A DNA stretch of 64,000 nt, from positions 32,001-96,000 of the IMG/VR virus record IMGVR_UViG_3300033121_000493, one strand, 5' to 3'. The notes under the pieces are model-generated. The model did not search any database. It saw nothing but the letters and a program-made list of their open reading frames with translations, and was not told the origin of the DNA. The position numbers and the translations under genes are program-made. Positions 1 to 10,073 of the stretch are shown piece after piece; position 1 is the stretch's first letter, and each line of letters starts with the position of its first letter. This DNA comes from a virus. Taxonomy: Duplodnaviria > Caudoviricetes.

Positions 1-154
1 TTGAAGCTAGCAACGCGGCATATGTCAGATACGCGTCTACAAAAAAATTCTTAGCTAAGTGCTCAGTAGTATCACCTGTAATTAACAAATCACTATCCAT
101 GAATGGATATGAGTTGTTTCTATTTGCTTCAAGCCAATCTATTCCAATTGCCAT
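1..154 (-). CDS. Partial tail/baseplate-associated protein (runs off window), paralog of 165..1088
   Basis: Hand translation MAIGIDWLEANRNNSYPFMDSD..., open to position 1; shares the DWLxxNxNxxYPFxD N-terminus with the neighbouring 307-aa ORF. Confidence 0.6.
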   Translation of the reverse strand, partial: MAIGIDWLEANRNNSYPFMDSDLLITGDTTEHLAKNFFVDAYLTYAALLAS

Positions 155-164
155 ATGGAGCTCA

Positions 165-1088
165 TTAGTTACATGGAACGATAGTACCAATCTTAGAAGT
201 AAGGATAACGTCTCTAAGCTGCTGAACAGTACCTAGCAGAGCCTCAGCTTGCGCACGCTGTGTAGCGGATTGCGCACCAAGCCTATTGAGCTCTTGGCGT
301 AGTACGTCTGTCTCAGCGCAGCCACAGCACGGTTCAGCACAAGTGTCAGTTAGTTTCAGACCATTAGTAATGGCCTCTATAGTTAAACAACCTTCGTCGG
401 CAAGAGTAAAGTTGCCCGCATTATCAGGCGGTACGTTATTTATGGTTTTGATACACGGTGCCGGAGAAGCATCTGGACAATTACACCCAACTTCAAAATC
501 AGGATTACTAACAGCGGATATCTTAATCTTGTTTGGCGATCCGCTTATTACTTCAAACTGTATATTAGCGCCAGGTATGAGCTCTATATCGCCTTGTAGA
601 TAATCACTGAATTCGCCATCTGCGTTGACTACTCTAACCGACGTTACACCACGTAGACTAGGGCGCATGACTGTTGGGAGCAATCTTGCGTTAGCTGTAG
701 AGAACGTATAAGCGCCGCCGTACTTTTTGATATTGGCTAGATTGCCGATTGATATACGCCCCACACTATCAGCAAAATCACCGCGCCCTTCAATATAGTA
801 AGTAGCGTATGGCGTATGTTCTGCATCTGTAATTGTCCTAGTTGCTATGGCCGTTCCGTTATACCCTATAGTAATAATAACGCCGCTATTGAACACTGTG
901 ATTTGCTGTACGTGAAACAGCGTAACATCGTACGACAAAGCGTGCACGGGAAATATCAAATCAACAATTAGGTCGTTAGGTATTGTCATAGTACCAGAAG
1001 CATCCACCAATGACGCTTCGTCAAAGAATGGATACTTTCTGTTACTATTTTCATTTAGCCAGTCATCGTGGATGATTGTGTTGGCCAT
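165..1088 (-). CDS. Tail/baseplate-associated structural protein with Cys-rich C-terminal region and coiled coil
   Basis: Lies downstream of the baseplate/fibre genes; beta-rich body, CNC..C..C..CAEPCCGC, then a heptad-like helix. Confidence 0.5.
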   Translation of the reverse strand: MANTIIHDDWLNENSNRKYPFFDEASLVDASGTMTIPNDLIVDLIFPVHALSYDVTLFHVQQITVFNSGVIITIGYNGTAIATRTITDAEHTPYATYYIEGRGDFADSVGRISIGNLANIKKYGGAYTFSTANARLLPTVMRPSLRGVTSVRVVNADGEFSDYLQGDIELIPGANIQFEVISGSPNKIKISAVSNPDFEVGCNCPDASPAPCIKTINNVPPDNAGNFTLADEGCLTIEAITNGLKLTDTCAEPCCGCAETDVLRQELNRLGAQSATQRAQAEALLGTVQQLRDVILTSKIGTIVPCN

Positions 1089-1089
1089 G

Positions 1090-2868
1090 TTAGCTCGCTC
1101 GTATTGTTCCGTATATGTTCACAATAGCCAACTCGCCAGCGTAGGAGTCTGAAGCACTTCTACCAATCTTAGCTAATACAATCTGGTTGCTATCAATACT
1201 TATGGTACTAGCCAGCACAGAGAAGTATGCTCCAGCGTCTTTTGCACCTAGCGTTTCCAAAGACAGATTTTCGTTGGAGCTCCAAGACGTTGGTAGTATG
1301 CGATCACCACCGCTGGACGACGACAGCCCATCAGCCGAGTCAATAATCATGTTGGCTATATATGTGTTTGCTGGTGGCGTGCCTGCGCCTGGAGTTGCAA
1401 CCCATAGAACTATATCCAGCACTGGGTTTGGAATCGATATATCAGGTATTCTAAATTTGACTGTGAAAGAAGTATTTCTTCCTTTTGGCAACCCGATATA
1501 CGGCAGAGCATACGCATACAGACTTTCAGTAGCCCCATCCAGCGCTACAACTTCTGGACTGATTTTTCTTGTTACTGCTGTAGGATCAACGCCAGTAACA
1601 GTAACTCTTCCAGCTTTATAGCCGGACGTAAGACTACGCGTACCAGTTACTTCAATAAGTCCATCGCCTTTAATACCCTCTACAACATAGCCGCGCTGTA
1701 ATGCGGAATTACCAGTCACGCTTTTTACTACAGCGTCGCCTTCATTGTTTTCAGCGTTAGTCCAGTTAAGGTCTAGATCAAGCGTAACACGTGATGCGCA
1801 ATAGCCACTAACGTCAGGATCTGTACAACCAGTAACAACAATTGGAGAATCCGTCGCTGGACGAATACCAGTCACGGCCGCTTGACTAGTCTTGGCTACC
1901 ATTTTGGTAAACCATATAGTCATTGTTCTTGCTATATCAGGGCAGTTAGCCACAGAGGACGAATCGTACGGTAGCGCGCTAGAGCTGCCACAAGACGTTC
2001 TCCACGGCGTGTGATCAATACAACTGGACAACCACCATATACCGTTTTCATCTACAAGCATTAGTTCTGGCGAGACGCCAACACCATTGAGCTCTACGTA
2101 TGCTGAGCCAACCGGCTGTGGTGGCCACACAGAAGCCAACGTTGCGTCTTTAGTCCAGTTGTAGCCGAACACTGCACCTCTAGGAGCTAAGCTTTGGAAT
2201 ATGGAATCATTAGCAGGTAGCCAGCCAAGTTTAGTGTTGTCTGCGTTAGAAATAGTAACCGTATCGCCCACACAAGCAGTATCACCTGCAGGGTTGGTCG
2301 CTAGATCAAACTTGTAATGGATATGTTCTTCCAGTACTTCACGTGGCGTAGGGGATACAAAGACGTCTGTTCCCATAACGGCGCAGACGTATATACCTAC
2401 GGCTGGTCTGCTCTTCGTTAGCTTACCCGCGTGCGTAGACGACAAGTAATAGTGGCCTGCTGTTAATGGGGTATTGGATTCGTCGTTAATCGTCAGGTTT
2501 CTAAAGAACCCATTAACCAATATATCTGCCGTGGATGTCGACAGTTTGCGTATGACAATACCACGTACGTACGCAGAATCTGCCGTACGCAGTTGACCCG
2601 TGTCGGAATCTACAGCCGACGCTATGGCTTGCTTGTACAGCTCTTTACTGAAATTCCAGTAAACCGCGTCACCAACATTGACAGCAGAGTCAATAGGTGC
2701 AGCGTAGACAACAACGCCCTCACCACGCGCATCGTTGTCTAGCCGTTCTTTCAGATACTCTGTACGTTCAGCCAACTCCTGTAGTGGCTTGTTAGTAACA
2801 ATAGCATCTACGGAGTCTGTTACATTTTTGATTAACGTTATATGTTTTCGCCAGTTAGCGCTCATCAT
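1090..2868 (-). CDS. Tail fibre / baseplate fibre-attachment protein
   Basis: N-terminal NKPLQELAERTEYLK resembles the fibre-attachment motif of contractile-tail fibres; follows the wedge genes. Confidence 0.6.
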   Translation of the reverse strand: MMSANWRKHITLIKNVTDSVDAIVTNKPLQELAERTEYLKERLDNDARGEGVVVYAAPIDSAVNVGDAVYWNFSKELYKQAIASAVDSDTGQLRTADSAYVRGIVIRKLSTSTADILVNGFFRNLTINDESNTPLTAGHYYLSSTHAGKLTKSRPAVGIYVCAVMGTDVFVSPTPREVLEEHIHYKFDLATNPAGDTACVGDTVTISNADNTKLGWLPANDSIFQSLAPRGAVFGYNWTKDATLASVWPPQPVGSAYVELNGVGVSPELMLVDENGIWWLSSCIDHTPWRTSCGSSSALPYDSSSVANCPDIARTMTIWFTKMVAKTSQAAVTGIRPATDSPIVVTGCTDPDVSGYCASRVTLDLDLNWTNAENNEGDAVVKSVTGNSALQRGYVVEGIKGDGLIEVTGTRSLTSGYKAGRVTVTGVDPTAVTRKISPEVVALDGATESLYAYALPYIGLPKGRNTSFTVKFRIPDISIPNPVLDIVLWVATPGAGTPPANTYIANMIIDSADGLSSSSGGDRILPTSWSSNENLSLETLGAKDAGAYFSVLASTISIDSNQIVLAKIGRSASDSYAGELAIVNIYGTIRAS

Positions 2869-2872
2869 TCAC

Positions 2873-3400
2873 CTAGTTGCTGAATTGTGTCTGCCACCGC
2901 ATTGCGATTCCACTAGCTGAAACGTCTTGTGGAGATCCAGGCGCAAAGGACGCGTACAACATATCCTTTGTATGATCATCCCAGTCTGGCGCTACTACCA
3001 AACCAAGTTTTTCAACATACGACGAATCGGAGAATGCAAGGTCGGACACAACGCCCGTCAACCCAACAGTAGCTATACAGTCAAACGAAGCTTTGTTTGT
3101 CGTAAAGTTAGCGCCACTAGATCCTGTAGTGCCGCCACGCATCTTTACACGCAAAAAATCTACAGTTCCATTAAGCGACAGATAGTCAGCCGCTGTATCC
3201 GTCAGTGCCGCAGTTCTCGCTACGCCTGCGCCGTCATTATTGAATTGGAAGTAGACGCAATTAATGCCACCCGCCAATTCGCCTGCTAGAATTTTACCTA
3301 GCGCGTCATAGCCTTCATACGTAACAAGATTGTGGCCCACAAGAAACGGCATTAAATCTTCTGGGCGGTATAGCTCAACTGTTCCTATGATTTTACTCAT
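2873..3400 (-). CDS. Putative baseplate/tail-collar protein
   Basis: NLVTYEGYDALGKILAG N-terminus; lies between wedge and fibre genes. Confidence 0.45.
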   Translation of the reverse strand: MSKIIGTVELYRPEDLMPFLVGHNLVTYEGYDALGKILAGELAGGINCVYFQFNNDGAGVARTAALTDTAADYLSLNGTVDFLRVKMRGGTTGSSGANFTTNKASFDCIATVGLTGVVSDLAFSDSSYVEKLGLVVAPDWDDHTKDMLYASFAPGSPQDVSASGIAMRWQTQFSN

Positions 3401-3408
3401 TGCATCCT

Positions 3409-5085
3409 CTATGAGCAGTCGTTAATCGAGAATATGATTGCGCCACCATCCGTAGCCGCTACAGTTTCAAGTCTGTTCCCAGCAATAGGGAAAGTGGTTA
3501 CGGTAGTTGTTGTAGCGAGCGGTAACGTCTCTTCTGCTTCCATATCAATAATAACCAGCAATAACTTATCAGGCTGGTAGACGCGGCGTACTACATCTAA
3601 GAACGTTAATCCCACAGCATCATGGCTAAATTTAGACGTACGCAAATGCAACACTACTGTATTGTTACGTAAAAACGCGTCTATTACAAATCCGGCCGGA
3701 TTAATTTTAGATAGTCCAGTGCCGTATAACTCTAGCCATGTTTTAGTAAGTACACCGTTTGTATGCACGTTAGTCCAGAATTTGTCTATGTCTTCTTGAG
3801 CTCCGTACACCTCGGTTATGGTGCCTTTAAGCCGTCCACTGGCATCCATCGTAGAAGTAATATTGCCCTCTATGTTAGCGTATAGCAATGATCCAGTGTA
3901 ACCATCGCCTAACAGGGACTTAGGTAAAACCATAGCACGTAACAGCGGACGCCCACTAGACTTAGGATACATCTTTGCCGTAGCGCGGTACGTAGCGTGT
4001 ACGTTAGCAGCGCCAGCCGATGAGCTATCTTGTGTGATATCACTATCCAACAGCAAACTTGTTACCAGGCTCTCTGCGTCTTTGTTATTTGCCAAATCAA
4101 ACACGCGCACAGTGTCTACCAATACATCGCCAGCAAATACTTCCTGCCCTACAACAACAGACGCTACAGCGTTCACAGGATAAATATAGCTATGTGAATT
4201 AGTAACTATGACTAGTCTGTCATTGTGTTTAAGAATTTTTTCTACTGTCTCTTTAGCGTCGACAACTACAGGAAGACCGGCAGCTGCAGCTGCAACCAGC
4301 AGTAAATCCCTATTGGACAAACCACCGACTATGCCGTTAAGCATAGCGTTGACCATACTTTTGTAGCTATCCGACGACCTTAGTCTTTTCCTGATAGCAA
4401 AAGCATAATGCTGGTATATGTACTCCCAGTCTTCCTGTGTGTTGTAGGCCCATAAAACGCATTCTCTATCAATTACTTTCCCGTTGCTGTCTACTACGTT
4501 TCTTAAAGGCACCCTCGTATCTGAAAACGGATTTAATCTCAGCGTTAGTAAATGGTCGCTGATACTGAAGTCTGTCCCCTGCACCAGGGTTAGGCTTGGT
4601 GCTAATATGTTGTTCATTAGCACGCTTACATTCTGTATCTCGTCTATCTTTACTGTGTGCAGCGAACTTTTTATCGGAACGCCATACCGATATCCTTCGC
4701 CGTATGTCGCGAACCCATCGTATTTCAGTATTGCCGGACCACTTGTGTTCATCGTACTTTCGCGGATTACAAGCGCGTACCAAACTCTTCGATGACTCAC
4801 CGGAACTGAAAAACGATTTACGCACGATACTGCCTCCAAATAATCAAGGTACGTCTGGACAGATAGCAACGCGCTACCTTCTATAAACGCTTCCAAGATA
4901 TCTTTAGATGAGAATTGCTGAGACCAGAAAGATCCTAGAGCGTAGACTACAGCTCTGGCAGTGTGGTCAGCCGGAGGACTTGTAAAATACAATTCATCAT
5001 TAAGCTCCGTAAATCCATCAGGCACCACAACAGCGCCAGAGGCTGATTTATCCAACGGTATCAGAGTATCAGATGCAAAAGACAA
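3409..5085 (-). CDS. Baseplate wedge protein (gpI/gp7-like, putative)
   Basis: 558 aa, immediately after the baseplate J-like gene; synteny. Confidence 0.5.
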   Translation of the reverse strand: MSFASDTLIPLDKSASGAVVVPDGFTELNDELYFTSPPADHTARAVVYALGSFWSQQFSSKDILEAFIEGSALLSVQTYLDYLEAVSCVNRFSVPVSHRRVWYALVIRESTMNTSGPAILKYDGFATYGEGYRYGVPIKSSLHTVKIDEIQNVSVLMNNILAPSLTLVQGTDFSISDHLLTLRLNPFSDTRVPLRNVVDSNGKVIDRECVLWAYNTQEDWEYIYQHYAFAIRKRLRSSDSYKSMVNAMLNGIVGGLSNRDLLLVAAAAAGLPVVVDAKETVEKILKHNDRLVIVTNSHSYIYPVNAVASVVVGQEVFAGDVLVDTVRVFDLANNKDAESLVTSLLLDSDITQDSSSAGAANVHATYRATAKMYPKSSGRPLLRAMVLPKSLLGDGYTGSLLYANIEGNITSTMDASGRLKGTITEVYGAQEDIDKFWTNVHTNGVLTKTWLELYGTGLSKINPAGFVIDAFLRNNTVVLHLRTSKFSHDAVGLTFLDVVRRVYQPDKLLLVIIDMEAEETLPLATTTTVTTFPIAGNRLETVAATDGGAIIFSINDCS

Positions 5086-5086
5086 A

Positions 5087-6745
5087 TTACACCTCTGGCG
5101 TATTAGCTTTTGTTACAGCCACATCAATGTCAGACGGTCGAACAAAGAATGCTACGGTACGTGTAGACACAGACTCTTCCATAGTTTTAGGTATCTCTAG
5201 TTCATCAGTACCGCTGACTATTTTTGTAGCACCGCTTGGCAGCGTAATCTTTGCCAACATACTAATTGGCATATTGATAATAGCCTGCTTATCCAATTGG
5301 CCTTGAGCTGCGTCCACTATAACAGATGCCGGTAAGTTACCTGTTGTAAACCCCAGGCTGTTTACACGGTTAGCCACAGCATTCTTGATAGCAGCTACGT
5401 CCACATTGCCAATGTCTTTTGTCACTACTTCAATACCTATATTGCACATAGCAGGAATAGGCGCTTTAACCAAGTAGTCACCAGCTGGGTTGCGCACAGA
5501 GCGCTCATTAATAGAATCCTGGATAGCCGCTATGTCAGGCATACGCAGTACGTATATATCAAACTCAGCCGTATCATTAATAGTTGTAAGCGCTGTGCCT
5601 TCTTCGATCACTTGGATACTAACCGTGCTGTAACGTGTAAACGCGGCTTCTGCATTGTTAGTTATGTCTGGAACAAATTCACCATTACTAGCCACGTTGT
5701 TATACGACCACGTAACATTCTCTATGCCTAAAGAATCTACAAACGTCGGTTCACTATTAGTTGAATCAACAAACGGTGTTTCGCCGCTTTTGTAAACGCC
5801 GAGTATCACGTATACACCGGCGGCTTGATCACGCGTCAGATTAATAGTAAATATCTTGTTTACTGTATCCGTCAACGCGCCAGCAACAGTAATCATCTCT
5901 TTAACCGGCGCATATTCAGACCTAACATATATATCTACTTTGCCGCCCTGACTGACGTTAAAGATATTATGTGCGTCTCTACGCATCTCAGGATCGCCAA
6001 ACCCAATAATCGATACAGCGCGTACATTAGGAAACTTGGACTTTATGAACGACTCAATGTGAACACGGCCACTCATTACTTTAGGCGCTAGCCCTAGCTG
6101 AGCCTTAGCAGCCAACGTAGCGTTATCGTCACCCGGTCTGCCATTGATAAAGTCACTGGCAGCCCATATATCTACTAGGCGCGGAATAGTCTCGTCTGTA
6201 GTAAATCGTGTGCCCTCTGCTACGTTGTACTCAGACCCTATAGCCTCAGCCTCAACATCGATAATAAACTCATATGTATTATCTGATCTGGCCACAATCA
6301 AACGTGAGCTGTCATTTACTACGTTGCCAGCACTGGTAACGCCAACAAAAGCACGCGTTGTTACAAACGTTAGTCCGTTGGCAAAGAACTTAGCTCCAGC
6401 ATCAATAGGCGTTACTACGTTAGACGAGATAATGATACGAAGACTACCATCGGCCACGGAACCAGCATCTCGCTCTAGCAGCAAGTTAGACAGTACGCCA
6501 GATACTATTGTGTCGTCGGCAAGTGTTGGATCTTGGCTTATCTGTTGCAATGACATACTACGCCGCAGTCTATCCATGTTGTCAGACGCATAGGCGTAAA
6601 ATAACGCAGCTGGACGTATCAATATATCGCGCAGAACGCGACCACGTGATAAATCCAAACTAGGATAAGAATCTTTTAGTAACTGCACCAAAAGATTCTC
6701 TGCCTGGTCTATTTCAGCTTTTGTTAAGTCTTTGATGCTAAGCAT
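5087..6745 (-). CDS. Baseplate J-like (gp6) wedge protein
   Basis: LDLSRGRVLRDILIRPAA, VEAEAIGSEYNV and GKVDIYV motifs typical of Baseplate_J; follows the gp25-like gene. Confidence 0.8.
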   Translation of the reverse strand: MLSIKDLTKAEIDQAENLLVQLLKDSYPSLDLSRGRVLRDILIRPAALFYAYASDNMDRLRRSMSLQQISQDPTLADDTIVSGVLSNLLLERDAGSVADGSLRIIISSNVVTPIDAGAKFFANGLTFVTTRAFVGVTSAGNVVNDSSRLIVARSDNTYEFIIDVEAEAIGSEYNVAEGTRFTTDETIPRLVDIWAASDFINGRPGDDNATLAAKAQLGLAPKVMSGRVHIESFIKSKFPNVRAVSIIGFGDPEMRRDAHNIFNVSQGGKVDIYVRSEYAPVKEMITVAGALTDTVNKIFTINLTRDQAAGVYVILGVYKSGETPFVDSTNSEPTFVDSLGIENVTWSYNNVASNGEFVPDITNNAEAAFTRYSTVSIQVIEEGTALTTINDTAEFDIYVLRMPDIAAIQDSINERSVRNPAGDYLVKAPIPAMCNIGIEVVTKDIGNVDVAAIKNAVANRVNSLGFTTGNLPASVIVDAAQGQLDKQAIINMPISMLAKITLPSGATKIVSGTDELEIPKTMEESVSTRTVAFFVRPSDIDVAVTKANTPEV

Positions 6746-6760
6746 TAATTGGTACCTGTT

Positions 6761-7222
6761 TTACTTAATAGCCAGTGACACAGGAAGGATTATATCACGT
6801 GAATCGCCAGCTAGCGTTGTTAGCTTGACTGAAAGTTTTACGTTTGTCTTATCCACAACAGAAAAGTCAAGCAACTCAACGGTATCTATAGTTTCGTCAT
6901 CCACAGCTGTGATATATAACCGCTGCTGGTCCAGTATGGTTTCAACGGCAACTCTGAACGAAATAGGTATAGCGCCACTTGTTATATTCGCCTGCCGAAG
7001 CTCAGTGAGAAACGTGGTACCAAAGTTACTGTCACCTTGGCGTGTTCCACTTTCCGTTAACAACAGCATAACAAACGTCTGAATAGCCTTCTGAATACCT
7101 GTTGTTAGTTGCCCTGCGTTATCGACAAACGACAGCGCTATATCTTGTTGGCCTTGGGGTTTAGCACCACCAAATATAAACAAGTCAACTGAGCGGCCTG
7201 TGTAATCAGTTTTAACTGCCAT
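6761..7222 (-). CDS. Baseplate gp25/gpW-like sheath initiator
   Basis: GIQKAIQ...LLTESGTRQGDSNFGT matches the gp25/GPW pattern (LxTxxGxRxxxPxFG). Confidence 0.8.
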   Translation of the reverse strand: MAVKTDYTGRSVDLFIFGGAKPQGQQDIALSFVDNAGQLTTGIQKAIQTFVMLLLTESGTRQGDSNFGTTFLTELRQANITSGAIPISFRVAVETILDQQRLYITAVDDETIDTVELLDFSVVDKTNVKLSVKLTTLAGDSRDIILPVSLAIK

Positions 7223-7224
7223 AG

Positions 7225-7653
7225 TTATTTCCCAGCTGACTCACGTTGAATTTGATACTGCATATACTGGAGTAACCCAGCGACAAAGATACCCACGTCA
7301 GACCCAGCATGTGACTTAGCTACGCTCTCATGTGCTAATCTGCGTATACGTGTTCTGTGCCGCATTCTGTAGTCGCGCTCGAACGAGCTCAACAGATCAC
7401 TAGCCAGCTTAGCTATAGCAGTTGTTTGTCTTTTGCCACTTGGGTTTTTAGCGTTAGCGTATTGCGCGGCAGCTTCAGCCCTATCAAACAACTCTTTGAT
7501 TTTGCTAAACTCAAACTTGCCAGGCGCGCCAGCTATTTCACTAAGTAGCCAGTGAAGCTGCACTTTACCTTTTAGATAGTCTCCCTGATTAGCACAATCT
7601 TTTTGTAGCTCGTCCAACAGTCTTTGTAGTTTTTCAGGGATAGCATTAGCCAT
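7225..7653 (-). CDS. Hypothetical protein
   Basis: 142-aa helical ORF coupled to its neighbours. Confidence 0.6.
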   Translation of the reverse strand: MANAIPEKLQRLLDELQKDCANQGDYLKGKVQLHWLLSEIAGAPGKFEFSKIKELFDRAEAAAQYANAKNPSGKRQTTAIAKLASDLLSSFERDYRMRHRTRIRRLAHESVAKSHAGSDVGIFVAGLLQYMQYQIQRESAGK

Positions 7654-8395
7654 ATTTAAGCGCCATACCTTGTAGTAGTTTGTTTTGAAGCTTAGTAGCG
7701 CGCTGCGTCACAGCCGACGACGATATGCGTAGCGCGCTAGCGATTTCATTGTTGGATTTAACCGGCCTTCCACCCAAACCAAATTTCCACTCCATAATCT
7801 TTTTATCAGTTGGGTCTGCGTCGTGATATACGTACTCCATCCACATCTTTGATCTATCTTGTCCACCTACAGCCGGATCACTGGAGTCTTCATTATCTAT
7901 GTCGTTGTACGCACCTACTATTGGTCTGCTGTACGCTCTGACTTTACCTATGGCTTTACGACTCCATCCCAACGTATCCGCCAGTTCTATGTCGCTTGGC
8001 TCTCTGCCGTATTTGTCATAAAAGTTACGCTCGGCTTCGTTGAGAAATTTAAGCTGCATCAGTTTACGCTCTGACATTTTTAAGGGCTGCGTAGACTGAT
8101 TCGAATAGCGCATTAACGGCTGCAGCTGCAACATAACGTGTGATCTGAGAGACGCTTTATTATTCCTGTCATACGACTGAATAGCTTTAGCCGCAAGTAC
8201 TTTAGCCCTGCCACGTATTATCGGTGAATCGCCCGTACCATATGTGTTAATAGCCGAGTTGATAGTGGGCTTCAGCTTGTCTACAACTTTGTATAAATAT
8301 TGAGGCGTCTTAGCCTTAGACCACATGTCATACGTAGACATTAAGTCTTTGTCATCATCACTCTTTGTTGGGTCTGGTAATACATTACGTAACAT
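7646..8395 (-). CDS. Sigma70-family (group 3-like) RNA polymerase sigma factor
   Basis: Region 2-like AAKAIQSYDRNNKASLRSHV; region 3 GREPSDIELADTLGWS; region 4 HTH KSNNEIASALRISSSAVTQR. ATG at 8395, just after the upstream stop, is preferred over the track start 8428. Confidence 0.85.
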   Translation of the reverse strand: MLRNVLPDPTKSDDDKDLMSTYDMWSKAKTPQYLYKVVDKLKPTINSAINTYGTGDSPIIRGRAKVLAAKAIQSYDRNNKASLRSHVMLQLQPLMRYSNQSTQPLKMSERKLMQLKFLNEAERNFYDKYGREPSDIELADTLGWSRKAIGKVRAYSRPIVGAYNDIDNEDSSDPAVGGQDRSKMWMEYVYHDADPTDKKIMEWKFGLGGRPVKSNNEIASALRISSSAVTQRATKLQNKLLQGMALKYG

Positions 8396-8396
8396 A

Positions 8397-10073
8397 TTAA
8401 ATCCCAATATCTTGTAGAACAGTACCACGCCACACGTCGGTATACATAGGATGCTTCTCTGATCCGTTCTCCCTTTCGTGCTCTCTGCGTATGTGCGATA
8501 GAGAAAACATAGTAGAAGCCGTAGCTGTGCTTGTGTCTACAAAGAACTCAACAGCTGTTACAGTTCCATATAAGTAACTATACTGCGCGGGGCTATCATA
8601 CAACTTACCGTCTAAATCTTCTAATGAAACAAATGATCCAGGGCCAATATCAAAGCGCAATTTGCCAGTCACGTTAGCTGTGTTGCCTTTGTACTGGTTC
8701 ATCCAGTACAGCCATTCAGCGTATTTTTTACCTATCGAGGAAGCTGTAGCGTACGCTTGGCCGTAGCTGGGCTGTAAGTTTTTGTTATTTACAGTGCTTG
8801 CGGTCTGCATGGTGTTATTAGGCTTGTCCAGTATGTCTTTAACTCTTAGTGCCTCAATAAGCAGCGAGTAGTAAGCTTGTGAGGCATACGGCGGCGCTGG
8901 AGCAAATTGTATAACACCTTTACTAGCGAGATCTCTTATATCGGCATCTAGTCTCAAATCCTCAGATGGAAAATAGCACCCAGCTGAACCAACAAAAGCC
9001 TTAGAGTCGTCTTGCGCTTGTGGGTTTAAATCCAGAGTTGCGTAGTTAGTTTGCCACTCGCTAACTATAACCATACCACGCCACATTCTGAACAGCGACT
9101 CACCTACGCTTATAGAGAAGCAATCATTAGCTTCTATTATTTTGTGTGTATTACCACCATTACCAACAGGGCAAAACGCTATAGGTGCGCACGTGGCACT
9201 TTCGACGGTTGGGACAATGGCAAAGCCAAGTAGCCCACCTAGCTGCTTCAGTCTGTCCCAGTATGTATTGCCAACAGACGCTGCGCCATTAGACATATAC
9301 GAGCCAATAGTCTGCTTTACTATGTCATTAAGCGTAACAGTAGCAGCCTTGGCATCATCTATGATTTTTAACTTACCGACTTCCACTTTCTTAGGTATAT
9401 CAAACGCATTCTCTGTGCCGTTGAATCTCTTGAGAGCTAAGTCGTTCTTTACCTTACCAGCGCCAAATCCTTTAATACATTCAATAGACGTTCCAGAGAA
9501 TGACTCATTACACAACTGGATAAACTTAGCCTTTATACCGCCTTGCCATATATCTTTGTCTATGTCTTTCATAGCTGGGTCATTGACAAAGCCAGCCAAA
9601 GTATCATACGCCAAGTTATATGGTAAAAACGCTGTTACAGGCGAGCCAGGCACTAATGATTCGCTAAAGGCTGAACTGCTGTCTAGGTCAATAAGCCAGT
9701 GTGTAGCCTGCACAACAAGGCCTATGCCACCTGCAGTTCTCTTTGTTGACGACGCTGTCACATAGCCAGAGAACACTTTGAATGGCTCTGTTGGCCAATC
9801 AGTATCTGCTTCAAATTTGCCTTCTAGCTGCAGCCACACATCTATTTGTCTATAGCGCCTAAACTCTTTGGCCAAATCTTTTATACGTAGCGTTTTTGTT
9901 TCAGTATCGCTATTAACGGGCGAACCTATTGGTATAACTATCTGGGCTGTGGGGATGGAGTTAAGAGCAAATGACGCGGCTATCGACGTAAGGGGCAATT
10001 TAGTATCGCCAATCATTACGTAGCCACGTACTTTAGTGTTTAGTATCGTCGCTGTTTTATTAACGGGCGTCAT
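8397..10073 (-). CDS. Baseplate hub protein (gp27/gpD-like, putative)
   Basis: Downstream of the tape measure; beta-rich with C-terminal TGKLRFDIGPGSFV...GTVTAVEF hub-like pattern. Confidence 0.6.
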   Translation of the reverse strand: MTPVNKTATILNTKVRGYVMIGDTKLPLTSIAASFALNSIPTAQIVIPIGSPVNSDTETKTLRIKDLAKEFRRYRQIDVWLQLEGKFEADTDWPTEPFKVFSGYVTASSTKRTAGGIGLVVQATHWLIDLDSSSAFSESLVPGSPVTAFLPYNLAYDTLAGFVNDPAMKDIDKDIWQGGIKAKFIQLCNESFSGTSIECIKGFGAGKVKNDLALKRFNGTENAFDIPKKVEVGKLKIIDDAKAATVTLNDIVKQTIGSYMSNGAASVGNTYWDRLKQLGGLLGFAIVPTVESATCAPIAFCPVGNGGNTHKIIEANDCFSISVGESLFRMWRGMVIVSEWQTNYATLDLNPQAQDDSKAFVGSAGCYFPSEDLRLDADIRDLASKGVIQFAPAPPYASQAYYSLLIEALRVKDILDKPNNTMQTASTVNNKNLQPSYGQAYATASSIGKKYAEWLYWMNQYKGNTANVTGKLRFDIGPGSFVSLEDLDGKLYDSPAQYSYLYGTVTAVEFFVDTSTATASTMFSLSHIRREHERENGSEKHPMYTDVWRGTVLQDIGI

